DNA of 64,000 nucleotides, from IMG/VR virus record IMGVR_UViG_3300047554_000329, positions 1 through 64,000 of that record; one strand, given 5' to 3'. Shown piece after piece: positions 41,089 to 52,700 of this stretch; positions within the stretch are counted from its first letter, which is position 1, and the number at the start of each line of letters is the position of its first letter. The notes below the pieces were generated by a model. That model was not told where the DNA came from. It worked only from the letters and a program-made list of their open reading frames with translations, and made no database searches. The position numbers were made by a program, and so were the translations under genes. This DNA comes from a virus.

Positions 41089-41403
41089 ATGGCTACGACC
41101 ATTAATGAAGCAAAAGAAATCGCATTGCTAGATGGAACTGTTATCGCAGTTCGACCACTAAAAATCTCACTACTTCGTGACTTTATGAAGTCTTTTGAGA
41201 AAATTTCTGGAGTGGCAGACGACAACGAGAAGTCTATGGACCTTCTCCTTGAGTGTGTTGTTATCGCTCTAAAGCAGTACAAGCCAGAACTGGCTGAAGA
41301 CCCAAAGAAGCTTGAAGAGCTTCTAGACCTACCTACCGTATACAAAATTGTAGAGGAAGCATCTGGTATCCCAATGGGAGCCAACTTGCTAGGGGTAGCG
41401 TAA
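41089..41403 (+). CDS. Tail assembly chaperone, short (G-like) form
   Basis: AGGAGG RBS, own extended -10; paralog of preceding gene. Confidence 0.75.
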   Translation: MATTINEAKEIALLDGTVIAVRPLKISLLRDFMKSFEKISGVADDNEKSMDLLLECVVIALKQYKPELAEDPKKLEELLDLPTVYKIVEEASGIPMGANLLGVA

Positions 41404-41424
41404 TAAAAAACAGGTGCTTATGGA

Positions 41425-44400
41425 ATGACTGATATCAACTCAAACATTAATTTAAATATTGATACTAATGAAGCAATTCAAAGTATCAAGAATTTGCAGA
41501 GACAGATATCAGTCTTCCATCAGCAAATGCTGCGTTCTGGAAGTGCAGCAAACGAACAGATTTCAAGAAATCTTCAATCAAACTTGATGAAGAATATTGA
41601 TGCTACTGGTAAATTTAGAACACAAATAAAAACAATTCAAGATGAAACTGAGTCATTTACTCAGTCACTTGAAAAGAACCAAATGTCCTTGGGACAGTAC
41701 TTTAGGTATGCAGGTGGAGCAACAAAGTCTTTTGGAAAACTATTTTCCAAAGAATTCAATACTATTGAAAAAGTTGCAATTGAACGTGTAAAGACCCTAC
41801 AGACACAATATATCAAACTTGGTAGAGATGCCAATGGTGCTCTTAAGGCTATTGCTGTTAGACCACTAGCACTTGACATGGACAATCTTGCTACTAAGAC
41901 TGCCATTGCTGCACAAAAGCAGCAACTACTAAACCAACTTCTAAAGCAAGGTTCTACAAACCTTCTAAACTTTGGTAAAAATACTCAGTGGGCTGGTCGT
42001 CAGCTCATGGTTGGTTTTACAATCCCTCTTGGTATTGCTGCTACAACTGCAGCAAAAGCGTACATGGATATTGAGAAAGCATCTATTAAGTTTAGACGTG
42101 TTTATGGTGACTTGAATACAGGTGCTGATGAAGCAACACGTATGTCAGAAGAAGTTAAGCGATTGGCTATGGAGTTTACTAAGTACGGCGTTGCAGTTAA
42201 AGACACTATGGAAATGGCTGCAACTGCTGCAGCAACTGGTGCGTCTGGTGCAGCACTTCTAGCACAAATTCAGCAAGCATCAAAGCTTGCAGTTCTTGGT
42301 CAGGTAGACCAGCAACAGGCACTTGAGACAACAATCTCGCTAACAAACGCTTTCCAAATTGCAACAGAAGACCTGGCAGGAAGTATTAGCTTCTTGAACG
42401 CAGTTGAAAACCAGACTGTAACATCCATTGAAGACCTTACAATTGCTATTCCAAAAGCAGCTCCAGTAGTCAAGCAGCTTGGTGGAGATGTTAAAGACCT
42501 ATCCTTCTTCCTAACCGCAATGAAGGAAGGTGGAATCAACGCATCAGAAGGTGCTAACGCACTTAAGTCTGGTCTTGCATCCCTGATTAACCCAACTGCA
42601 AAAGCATCAGAATTTTTGCAAGGATTTGGAATCAATATCAGTGGTATTGTTGAAGCCAACAAGGGAGACGTTAAGGGACTAGTAGTAGACTTTGCTCAAG
42701 CACTTGATACCCTAGACCCATTAAACCGTGCTCGTGCTATTGAACAGCTATTTGGTAAATTCCAGTTTGCTCGTCTATCTACATTGTTCCAAAACGTTAT
42801 TGCAGAGGGTAGCCAGGCACAAACAGTACTAAGTCTAGCAAAAGCCACATCAGAAGAACTTGCTGTTCTATCTGAGCGAGAATTGAAAAAGGTAGAAAGC
42901 TCGCCAGTATTCAAATTCCAAAAAGCTATTGAGCAGATTCAAGCAAAACTTGCCCCAGTTGGTGAAGCATTCCTAAAGGCTATTACCCCAATTGTTGAGC
43001 AAGTAGGAAAAATCCTTGATGGTTTTAATAACATGGGTGATGGAGCAAAACAATTTGCCGTAATTGCAACTACAGTTATTGCTGGTATTGGTCCAATCGC
43101 ACTTATGACATTCGGTCTTATTGCTAACGGTGTTGCAAACCTTATTAAGATGTTTGCTAGCATTAAGAACTTCTTTAACAAGACAGGCAGCAGCACAGCA
43201 GACTTAGGAGAAACTACTGAGTACATGACTCAGGCACAGCTTGAGGCACAGGCAGTAGCAGCAGCACTTGACGAAACTCACGCAAAGCTTGTCCAATCGT
43301 TTACTCTTGAAGCAGAAGCAATTAATAAGCTTGTTGGTGAATATGAAAAAGCTATTGCTGCACAGTCTAGATATAATGCTGGTGCAAAGCCAACTGAAGG
43401 CGGAACACCTCCTGGTGGAGGAGCAGGTCCTACTACTAGTTCGCCAACTCCAACCAAACCATCAGGAACAGAGAAAAAAGAAGACAAAAGAAAATCAATT
43501 CCAACAACCTTTTCTGTATCTGGTGGAAATTTTGAGAAACAAACATACTCTAGTTCAGCAATGTATGCACCAGGAAATACTCCTGGTGGATTTGGTCTAG
43601 ATACTGAATGGCTAAAAAACTCAAAAGACGCTCCGCTATCTTGGGCTGCAAGCCTTATGGGTGGAATGAGAAAGTCAACAAAATCTGGTGGTTCTTTAGC
43701 AGCATTTGAAGAAAAAACTACAGCAAAATTTGGTGGAATATTTGACGAACTTTTTGAAATATATAAGTCTGGTGTAGATGATGCGAAAGATGTGGTTGAG
43801 CTAGGACAACAAACATATCCAGCATTAAAGGCAAAACTTGATGAAGCAGTAAAGTCTGGAGCAATCACACTAAGAGAAGCAGCACACGTTAATAACGCAC
43901 TAAGAACACTAGTTAATCCAAGAGCATCGGATAGAACAGAGTATACTTCTGCACCACGATACGAAGGTGGCTTTGACGAAGCTGGAAATGCAGTACTAAA
44001 AAGAGCTGGTGCTACCGAAAGAGCTGGAAAAACATCAAAAAATACTATTTCAAAACTTTATGATATGCTCAGAGAAAAAGCTGGCATGGGGGCAAGACCA
44101 AAAGAGCAAACCTATGCTCACTTGGCTGCGTCTGGTTCAGAAGGAATGGTCTTTCAAGAGCCTAGAATTAGAACAGCAGTCTCAGATGCAGACCAGGCTT
44201 TAGCACAAGGTCTTTCTCAAACACTAGCAGCTGGAGGAAAAGTTGGACAGGGACAGGTTGAACTAGGTCCAGAAGGTTTGCTGCAAAATGTAAAACAAGA
44301 AATGAAAAACGTTTCTAAAGAACTTGTTCCAGAAGCAGCACAGGTTGGTAAAAACACAGGAGATGGAATTCTTAATGGTGCTAAAGAAACTCTAGACACA

Positions 44401-47400
44401 AACTCACCATCTAGAAAGATGTACGAGGTTGGTCAAGATGGAGCACAGGGTCTTATCAATGGTGCAAGAGATGGATTCCTAAAACCACCTCCAGGTTCTG
44501 GCATTATCCCTCCAGGTAGCCAAGCAAAGGGTGTTCTTCCTCCACCACCATCTTCTATTCCAGGAGTAGCTGCTCCAACCTATACAGCCCCTCAAAAAGG
44601 CAAGATGGCTGGACTATTCGATAAAGCCAAGGGTATGGCAGGACAGGCAGCATCTAAGGTAGGCGAAGTAGCTAAAAAAGCAGGTTCAAGCCTTTACCAA
44701 GCAGCAGACAAAGCATTTAGCGAACACATGACAGCTGTCATGGAAGAAGAAGACAGAGCAAGAGAAATAAGACAAGCACAATTCTCTAACCTACTTGAAG
44801 AAGCAAGACTAAATGATGCAGAGTTTGCAGCAGCTGCAGACAAGCGTGACCAGCTAATTAAGCTTGCACAAAGTGGTAAAGAACTAAGTGCAGAGCAGCA
44901 AGCAGAACTAGAGCAAGCCTATAAAGTAATTGACAAAAAGAAGAGATTGCTGTCTGCTGAAATTGATGCTGGAAATATGCAAGAGGCAGCCGTCGGTGGT
45001 GCTGGAAATCAAAAAGTTCCGTATGGACAACTAAGCAAATCTGGTAGAAAAGACTACTGGAAATCTTTTGGAAATAAGGTTGGTAAGGGTGCTATGGGGC
45101 TTTCTGCAGTAGCAGGTGTAGCCTCTATGATTCCAGGACCAGTTGGTGAAGCTGCATCTTCAGCACTTCCATTGCTTGGAACGTTGTCTACACTTTCTAA
45201 CCTTATCGCTGGTCCAGTATCTGCTTCATTTGTAGGGGTAGCAGCAGTAATTGCTGCAATGATTACTGTAATGCTTAAGCTTAACGAAGCATATTCTCAA
45301 GCAAGAGACAAGTCAATGGCTCTGACAGAAGCCACAGGAGCAAGCACAAAGGCAATTAGAGGTCTTGCTGAGTTTGCTGGCAAAGTTTCTGCTGGCGAAT
45401 TTATGGATAAGGTTAGACAAGATAGAGCCAAGATTACATACGCAGCCCCAGGAAAAACAACTTTTGGAGAATCTTTTGTTGCCTCAGATTCTGGCAAGGC
45501 TCTTGTAGAACAGTATAAGTCATTAATGAAGTCTGGCGGTGCAAAAGAAGTTACTAGAGATATGGCAAGCCAGCTAACAACAGCTGTAGTCTCTGGTGCA
45601 TTGTCTGCTGACCAAGCAAAATCTATTGCTGCAAACATAGCATATGAACTTGGAAATATGACTGTTGGGCTAAAAGTTAGAGCAGAAATTGTAGAACTTG
45701 TTGGGGCAGACGGAAAAGCTTTTGAGAAAAATCCAGTTGAGGTATCTGCGAAACTAACAGAAAAGTCAGTCCAAAATATGCAAGACAGCTTCGGCATGAT
45801 GAACAAAAATATTTATTCTAATGTTCTTACAAATACTGAAATTGGAAGAACTGTTACTGCTGGAGCAACGATTGCTGCAGCAACTGCTGCTGGTGCTATG
45901 ATTGGAACTGCTGTTGGTGGACCAATTGGAACTCTTGTTGGTGGAGGTCTTGCAGCAATTGGTAGTTCAATTATAGCTTTGGAAACTATGAAAGAAGCAG
46001 CAGCAAAGGCTGGGCAGCTGTCTGGCGTTGCAGTAGCCGATATGAACTTGCTGACGCAACAACAAAATGAACTAGCGGATGCTCTAGATGCGTATTATAT
46101 TAAAAAAATTAGAGAAGCAGAAGTAGAAGGAAAAATTACTGAAGCAAAGAGGCTGCAGGTAGAGTATGACACAGAAAAAAACAAACAAAATAAAGTTCTT
46201 GCAGATGCTACTCAAAAAATGCTAGACCTATACGACCAAGCAGCAGAAAAAGATAAAGTTATACAAGGAATGGAGTCAAGTATAACTAATAAGTTTAAAG
46301 ATGATGTTAATGCATCAATGTATATAGAACCAATTAGACAAGCAATGAATACTGTTGGTCTAAATGAAAAACAAAAAGTGCAGCTAAACCTAGCCATACT
46401 TTCAGAATCAATGACACCAGGAGAGGTTTCTGGACTGCTGACAATGATGAGTAAAGATAGCTCATTGAAGGATGTTACATTTGATATCCTAACAAGGTTC
46501 CCTGGAAAAACTGGTGCAGAAGCAATTGGCATTTCTCAAATGTTTAACAATGAAGCTCTTCAAAAAGACTTTATTCTAGCGGTTCAAAAAGCAAACACCC
46601 CTTCTGAAGTAGATGACTTAACAAGAATGGCACTTCAAGTTCAATCTCTTGGTGGAGTAGCAGAGCAGTCAATTAACACAATGCTTAACTATGCAATTAC
46701 AAATAAAGATGCAGCCAAGGAAGTAAACAGAGTTCTTGACGCACTTGATACTCAGGAAGTAACAACAGTAGAACAGGCATTTGAAATTGTGCCAAAACTA
46801 AAAGTTAATCCAGAAGCATTTAATCAAGAATACTTTAAAACACTCAAAAATACTGAACAAAAAGAGCTTTATATTTCTACAATTACAACAGTGCTAAACA
46901 CAGTTGATAATGTTACAACAGATAAGTCTTTCCAAAAGTGGTGGGCAGAAGAAGGAAGCAAATACGGAAAGATTTCAGACCATAGCCCAATATTCTGGAA
47001 AAATGTATATGCTGAAGCCATGGGACAAAAGGTTACAGAAGGTGTTGTAGATACAACTCTAGCAGTAAATCCAGAAACTCCAGCTGGTGGTGGCGGTGGA
47101 GCAAAAGAAGTTTCATTCCTAGATGCAATCGTAAAACGCATTCGTGACGTTCTAAAATATACTCAGCAACTTACAGAAGGTTGGGCTAAATCAAAGAAGG
47201 CTATTGAAGACTTTGCTAAGACTGGCATGAATGTATTTGACGGTCTTGAGATGAAGCTAAAACGAGCAGGTGCTACAGATGAACTTACTGGTGCAATTCT
47301 TGGACTAAGCAAAGAAGACTACGACAAATACAAGTCACGACTTATGGATGCAAAGGGTAATCTAACAGACTTTGCCAAAACTCTTATTAAGGTTACTAAT

Positions 47401-48891
47401 CAACTTGCCTTTGGTGACGCTATTGTTCAAAATGACAAGATTGTTCTACAGGCTAAAACAATGTCACAAGCATTCTCTGGTGCAAAAAATGGTATGCAAT
47501 CGTTTATTGACAAGGGCATTGTAAGTGCTGCAGATGCTTATGAAATTCTTTCAGATGCAACACTTGCTTCAGCATTTGCTGCCGATAAAGAGGGTAAATC
47601 TAGAAAAGCTCTAATTAACTCATACATGATGGCAAAGAAAGCACAATGGCTAATGCTATCTGCTGAACAAAAGAGACAGAAGTATGTTGAGATGTACAAT
47701 GCTAATCTTGAAGTAATTGCTTTGCAAGAAGAAGAAATTAACAAGAAGTACGATAAGAGAAACGAGGCTCTTGACAAGATTCAGGCAGCTAACGATGCAA
47801 TTGCTAAACAAAACCAGGCACAGCTATCTTTGTCAGAAGCGTTGTCACGTGGAGACCTATCTGGTGCTGTTCGTGCTGCAAAAGAAATGGAAAGCCTGTC
47901 AGCCACCCAAGCAGTCGAAGCAAGACGTGCTGCAATGGAAAAAGCTAGACAAGATGAATTAGGAAAAATTACAACCGATGTCAATGGCGTTCTTATGACA
48001 AGAAAAGACATTGAAGACCAAATTAAAGCTGCTAATGAAGCGACTGTGCTTGCTAAGGCTGCACAACTAGAAAAAGAGATTGCAATTGGAAAGCAAGCTG
48101 AAGCAAACAGGTCAGCAATTCTTGCCTGGGCAGCAAGCAAGGATAATCCAGCAAATGGAGCTATTGGTGGCGGTACAGGTGGTGGTCCAGGTGGTGGTCC
48201 AGTAGTTCCTCCTCCACCACCACCACCAACACCAGTAGTACTTACCCCAGCACAACAAGCAGCAGCTGTTCAAAGCAGTGCCATTGCTGCAATTCGTGCA
48301 GACGATAAAAACTTTGACCCTAAAAAGGTAAAGGGTAAGACATACGACAATCCAATTACTACTGGAATTCCAGACAACTCTTCTATTCCAGAGACCAAGA
48401 AACTCTTTTCTCTTGGACAGTATGTAAAACTTCCTAAAGGCGTTTATATGCAAACAATGGTTGTTAAGCCAAACAAAATTGTTGAACTAACCTTTAGCTC
48501 AGAACCAAATGCAGCAAAGATTAAGACTAAGGGAAACTCAGTCAGGCTTGAAACAGACATGGCTGGAAATCTTCCACCGTATCAACGTTTTGCCAGTGGT
48601 GGAATGGTTATGCCAAAGTATATGTCGGTTGGTGGACAAGCAGTGGGAACAGACACCGTTCCAGCAATGCTAACTCCTGGAGAATTTATTGTTAGCCAGC
48701 CAGCAGTTGAAGACTTTGGAATCAACAACCTAAAGGCAATTAACAATGGCACATACGGAGGCAATTCAGTGTATAATTATAGTGTCAACGTTAATGCTGG
48801 CTCTAATGCAAGTGCTGACGATATTGCAAGGGCAGTTATGAATAAGATTAACGAAGTTGACGCAAGAAGAGTAAGAGGTAATAATTTCTAA
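41425..48891 (+). CDS. Tape measure protein
   Basis: 2488 aa, Ala/Gly-rich, TP901-like core, C-terminal DTVPAMLTPGEFIV. Confidence 0.95.
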   Translation: MTDINSNINLNIDTNEAIQSIKNLQRQISVFHQQMLRSGSAANEQISRNLQSNLMKNIDATGKFRTQIKTIQDETESFTQSLEKNQMSLGQYFRYAGGATKSFGKLFSKEFNTIEKVAIERVKTLQTQYIKLGRDANGALKAIAVRPLALDMDNLATKTAIAAQKQQLLNQLLKQGSTNLLNFGKNTQWAGRQLMVGFTIPLGIAATTAAKAYMDIEKASIKFRRVYGDLNTGADEATRMSEEVKRLAMEFTKYGVAVKDTMEMAATAAATGASGAALLAQIQQASKLAVLGQVDQQQALETTISLTNAFQIATEDLAGSISFLNAVENQTVTSIEDLTIAIPKAAPVVKQLGGDVKDLSFFLTAMKEGGINASEGANALKSGLASLINPTAKASEFLQGFGINISGIVEANKGDVKGLVVDFAQALDTLDPLNRARAIEQLFGKFQFARLSTLFQNVIAEGSQAQTVLSLAKATSEELAVLSERELKKVESSPVFKFQKAIEQIQAKLAPVGEAFLKAITPIVEQVGKILDGFNNMGDGAKQFAVIATTVIAGIGPIALMTFGLIANGVANLIKMFASIKNFFNKTGSSTADLGETTEYMTQAQLEAQAVAAALDETHAKLVQSFTLEAEAINKLVGEYEKAIAAQSRYNAGAKPTEGGTPPGGGAGPTTSSPTPTKPSGTEKKEDKRKSIPTTFSVSGGNFEKQTYSSSAMYAPGNTPGGFGLDTEWLKNSKDAPLSWAASLMGGMRKSTKSGGSLAAFEEKTTAKFGGIFDELFEIYKSGVDDAKDVVELGQQTYPALKAKLDEAVKSGAITLREAAHVNNALRTLVNPRASDRTEYTSAPRYEGGFDEAGNAVLKRAGATERAGKTSKNTISKLYDMLREKAGMGARPKEQTYAHLAASGSEGMVFQEPRIRTAVSDADQALAQGLSQTLAAGGKVGQGQVELGPEGLLQNVKQEMKNVSKELVPEAAQVGKNTGDGILNGAKETLDTNSPSRKMYEVGQDGAQGLINGARDGFLKPPPGSGIIPPGSQAKGVLPPPPSSIPGVAAPTYTAPQKGKMAGLFDKAKGMAGQAASKVGEVAKKAGSSLYQAADKAFSEHMTAVMEEEDRAREIRQAQFSNLLEEARLNDAEFAAAADKRDQLIKLAQSGKELSAEQQAELEQAYKVIDKKKRLLSAEIDAGNMQEAAVGGAGNQKVPYGQLSKSGRKDYWKSFGNKVGKGAMGLSAVAGVASMIPGPVGEAASSALPLLGTLSTLSNLIAGPVSASFVGVAAVIAAMITVMLKLNEAYSQARDKSMALTEATGASTKAIRGLAEFAGKVSAGEFMDKVRQDRAKITYAAPGKTTFGESFVASDSGKALVEQYKSLMKSGGAKEVTRDMASQLTTAVVSGALSADQAKSIAANIAYELGNMTVGLKVRAEIVELVGADGKAFEKNPVEVSAKLTEKSVQNMQDSFGMMNKNIYSNVLTNTEIGRTVTAGATIAAATAAGAMIGTAVGGPIGTLVGGGLAAIGSSIIALETMKEAAAKAGQLSGVAVADMNLLTQQQNELADALDAYYIKKIREAEVEGKITEAKRLQVEYDTEKNKQNKVLADATQKMLDLYDQAAEKDKVIQGMESSITNKFKDDVNASMYIEPIRQAMNTVGLNEKQKVQLNLAILSESMTPGEVSGLLTMMSKDSSLKDVTFDILTRFPGKTGAEAIGISQMFNNEALQKDFILAVQKANTPSEVDDLTRMALQVQSLGGVAEQSINTMLNYAITNKDAAKEVNRVLDALDTQEVTTVEQAFEIVPKLKVNPEAFNQEYFKTLKNTEQKELYISTITTVLNTVDNVTTDKSFQKWWAEEGSKYGKISDHSPIFWKNVYAEAMGQKVTEGVVDTTLAVNPETPAGGGGGAKEVSFLDAIVKRIRDVLKYTQQLTEGWAKSKKAIEDFAKTGMNVFDGLEMKLKRAGATDELTGAILGLSKEDYDKYKSRLMDAKGNLTDFAKTLIKVTNQLAFGDAIVQNDKIVLQAKTMSQAFSGAKNGMQSFIDKGIVSAADAYEILSDATLASAFAADKEGKSRKALINSYMMAKKAQWLMLSAEQKRQKYVEMYNANLEVIALQEEEINKKYDKRNEALDKIQAANDAIAKQNQAQLSLSEALSRGDLSGAVRAAKEMESLSATQAVEARRAAMEKARQDELGKITTDVNGVLMTRKDIEDQIKAANEATVLAKAAQLEKEIAIGKQAEANRSAILAWAASKDNPANGAIGGGTGGGPGGGPVVPPPPPPPTPVVLTPAQQAAAVQSSAIAAIRADDKNFDPKKVKGKTYDNPITTGIPDNSSIPETKKLFSLGQYVKLPKGVYMQTMVVKPNKIVELTFSSEPNAAKIKTKGNSVRLETDMAGNLPPYQRFASGGMVMPKYMSVGGQAVGTDTVPAMLTPGEFIVSQPAVEDFGINNLKAINNGTYGGNSVYNYSVNVNAGSNASADDIARAVMNKINEVDARRVRGNNF

Positions 48892-49715
48892 TGGCAACTT
48901 CAACCTATATGGCAGGTCGTAAAAAATATTCTCGCCCACAGGCAATGCTTTGGTCAGAGAACCCTGGTGAGATTAGCAACGGTGTTTTTGTTCCTAGTGG
49001 ATATGAAACAGGTAGCTTAATTAGCATTACCGCAGTTACTCCAAGCAGCCCTACATCTGGCAAGGTAACCTATACAGCAGATAATACTCTAAGTGAAGGA
49101 GATATTGTATTTATTCAAGGATTAACTCCAACAGAATACAATGGAAGCTATAGCGTTGTCTCTGCAACATCCACTGCCTTTGTAGTTACAAATGCTACAA
49201 CCACAACGGTTACCGATGGTGTAGGAGATGCTCTTCCAGCAGGAAACTTTATCATTCTTTCTGACGACAATCGTTCAGACATCCAGTTTACACCACAAAG
49301 AATTGAGCAACGCAAGCGTATGGTTAATGGTCGTATGCGTTCATATCACATTGCGGATAAGCTGCAAATTAGCACATCTTGGCAAATGCTTCCATCACGC
49401 TCTGCAATCTATGACCAAGACTTTGACACCAATGGTGCAACAGCACTACTACGTTCACAGATTCACACTAGCGATGGTGGTGCAGGTGGGGTAGAGCTTT
49501 TGGACTGGTATGAAAACCACAAGGGACCATTCTGGGTATTCCTATCATATGACAAATATACAAATTTCCCAAAGGGTGACGGAAAGTATGGACATCTATC
49601 TCAGTATAGCCAGATAATTGAAATGTATATTTCTAACTTTACCTATACTGTTCAAAAACGTGGTGGAACAAACTATGATTTTTGGAACGTTTCTGTTACA
49701 CTAGAAGAGGTATAA
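48891..49715 (+). CDS. Distal tail protein-like with inserted beta domain
   Basis: Follows TMP; RMVNGRMRSYHI, WNVSVTLEEV. Confidence 0.7.
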   Translation: MATSTYMAGRKKYSRPQAMLWSENPGEISNGVFVPSGYETGSLISITAVTPSSPTSGKVTYTADNTLSEGDIVFIQGLTPTEYNGSYSVVSATSTAFVVTNATTTTVTDGVGDALPAGNFIILSDDNRSDIQFTPQRIEQRKRMVNGRMRSYHIADKLQISTSWQMLPSRSAIYDQDFDTNGATALLRSQIHTSDGGAGGVELLDWYENHKGPFWVFLSYDKYTNFPKGDGKYGHLSQYSQIIEMYISNFTYTVQKRGGTNYDFWNVSVTLEEV

Positions 49716-49716
49716 A

Positions 49717-52700
49717 ATGTTCACTAACTCAACCCTTAAAGCACACCTAGAATCTAGCTCAACAATTAAAACAGAGTCGCTAGTACTCGCTGAGTGGAAT
49801 CTAAACAATGCAGACAACATAGAAAAGATTGGTAACTATCGTTTTAGACCAACTCTTTCTACTAAGACAGAAACAAACTTTGGAACGGTAGCATCGACAT
49901 ATGACGCTAACGATAGCCTTGGAGCATATACAAATGCAACCAATGCAGACATTGTTCTAGATGGTGGATACAATAACGACGGAACAAAGGAAGATTACCT
50001 TGTTACCTCAGACCAAAAAATGAAGTCTTTGTTTTCACTAGAGCAATGCTTTGACAGGTTTAGACCTCGCTCAGGAATCAACAAGATAATGTATTTTGAT
50101 GGAAGGGTTTTACCACCATTTAGCCCTGATATGTTTAAAAGACCAAGATACTACTTTGCAGGTAAAGACGATAACTTTAAGTACTGGACTTCAGCAAGAG
50201 GAGAGTCCGATGGTTCTAGCACAGAAAAACAGCGAGGCATCTCAAGAAACTTTAATGGTGCTGGAACATACTACATTGACGACGCAGCACCATTCATAAA
50301 ATACTCAAATCCAATTTTTACAAATAGAATTGTAGTAAAGATGCAAACACACACTAGCGAAATTAATGCTGGTAATTTTATCATTAATGGAGTTTCAACA
50401 GCAGACCCATTCTATGAAGGTGCAAGTGGTCAGAACAAGAAGGTTCCAAAAGTATGGAAAGTCCAATACTTAAATGCTCTAACAAACGTGTGGACAGACG
50501 CTTATTCTTTTGACGGAACCTCTTTGATTGACAGCGACGGATATGTAGAGCTTGCTTATGGAATGACAAATAAGCCAGCAAGTTTTATTTATGTTCAGAC
50601 ACTATCATCTGTAAATGCCTTGCCAGAAATTTCAGTTGAGGGATATGCCTATCTAGTAAAAGCAAACTCAACAGACCAGGGTGTGTTTTATGTTTGGAAT
50701 GGAACAGGCTATGACGACTTTGTTCCTCAGTATGGATGGATACTTCTTTCTACAGAAGACGTATCATCCAGTACGCCATACATTACAGACTTTACAGACC
50801 CAGACTACTATGTAGCAGGTGCAGAAAGAGTCTATCGTGAACTTCAAAGAATTCTTGGCTTAAGAGTTGTTGTTACAACAATGAACACTAATGACTCATC
50901 GTTCGACCTAATCGAACTATCTCCAAGACTTGCTGCAAACATCACAGACATTACAGAATCATTTAGTGCAAAGAAGGTTGCATCAGACTTAGGTCTAAGT
51001 GGTTTGCCTGTAGGACAGCTTATTGCTGGCGGTGGACAGGTAAACATATTTGACTATGACCAATCATTTAACCCAAACAATGCGTATGACTACAGCACGG
51101 CTAGTGGAAGCATTGTTGCAACACTAAGCACAAAGAATATTCAGTTTAAGCTTTATCAGATTGTCAAAGATGTTTCTGGGGTAGACTACTACGTGCCACA
51201 GAAAACACTTTACTCAGACATTTTCCCAGAGTATAACTCAAAAACAAGACAGATTTCTATTACTACAAGAGACCTCTTCTTTTTACTAGAGTCTAAAGAG
51301 TGCAATAACCTGCTAATTACAAATGGGTCATTATCATATATTGTTGGCTCTATCCTAGACTCAATTGGATACTCTAATTTTATATTCTACAGAGATAGTT
51401 CTGCAAAAGACTTTGTAGTTCCATACTTCTTTGTTGCTCCAAAAACTACTGTTGCCCAGGCTTTGCAGGACCTGGCTAGAGCCAGCCAAACAGCAATGTT
51501 CTTCGACGAGTACAACAACTTTGTTGTTATGTCAAAAGAATACCTTATGCCTGACACGGTTGCAAATGGTGGTAGAGCAACAAACATTACACTTTATGGA
51601 ACAAAAGACTTTGCCAAGAGCACATTAGATGCATATAGCGATGGCATCTATAATAACGAATCTTCTAATCCAACAAACCTAACAAACATTGTAGACATTG
51701 CATCTCAGAGCAATGACGTATACAATGATGGAAGAATTAGTTATACAACTAGAAACATTCTTAGAGCACCGTCTGACCCACTAGCAGACAATCTTTCAGA
51801 CAGAGAAATCTCTTGGGTGTATCAACCAACAAAACTTTGGGAAATATCGGCAGACACCTTAACAAAAGATAGAGGAAATCAAAGCGAATACACGCTAAAC
51901 GCTATGCCACTAAACTCAGACTTGTCAGCAACTGTTCCAACCTATTCTGGTGGAGCTGTAATCAACAACGTAATTGACTTTGGTGAAAACATTTTCTGGC
52001 AATCAATGAACAGATACTCTGGATATTTCTACGCAAATGGTGAAATTATTAAATACGATGCAATTCAGTATGACGTTGCTGGAGTTGGCAAGGTATGGAT
52101 TACAAGCCAGTTAGAATACGAAGACTATAAAAACAATCTAGAGTTCTTAGGAAAAATGTATGCAACTGGTCTAGTTAGAATTTACTCAGAGGTAAAAGAT
52201 AGCGTTGTTGTCAAGCATGGTCGTGGACAATTTGGAACAACTCCAGTCTATCACTCAGCAAAAACATCTCGCAGTGCTAGTAGCAATCCACAGACAAGAG
52301 TTTTTGTAAATGATTGGACAGACCAGTCGTTCATTACTGGATGTACAATGAACTCAGCATACATCTTTGAAGGGCTAGACTCAATTACAGATGTTACCAA
52401 TGAGGCATCTGGAACACTAGCATCATCTGTAACTGGACGCACAAGCTCTGGTAGAGCAATGTCTGCACAGGTAAGTACTACAATCAAAAACCCATTCATA
52501 ACTGATAGCAAAGGTGAGGTTGCCACTGAAAGAAAAGAACTTGCTCCTCAGACTGTTTCTGCTTCGGCATTGGTTATGAACGGACCAACATTTGCATCTA
52601 GCGATGTTGCTCCAAAAGATTTTATTACGTATTCCTATAAAGATTTGGGTAAACCATATCAGCACGTTGGAACAAGAGTAAGAATTATTGGAACAATTAA

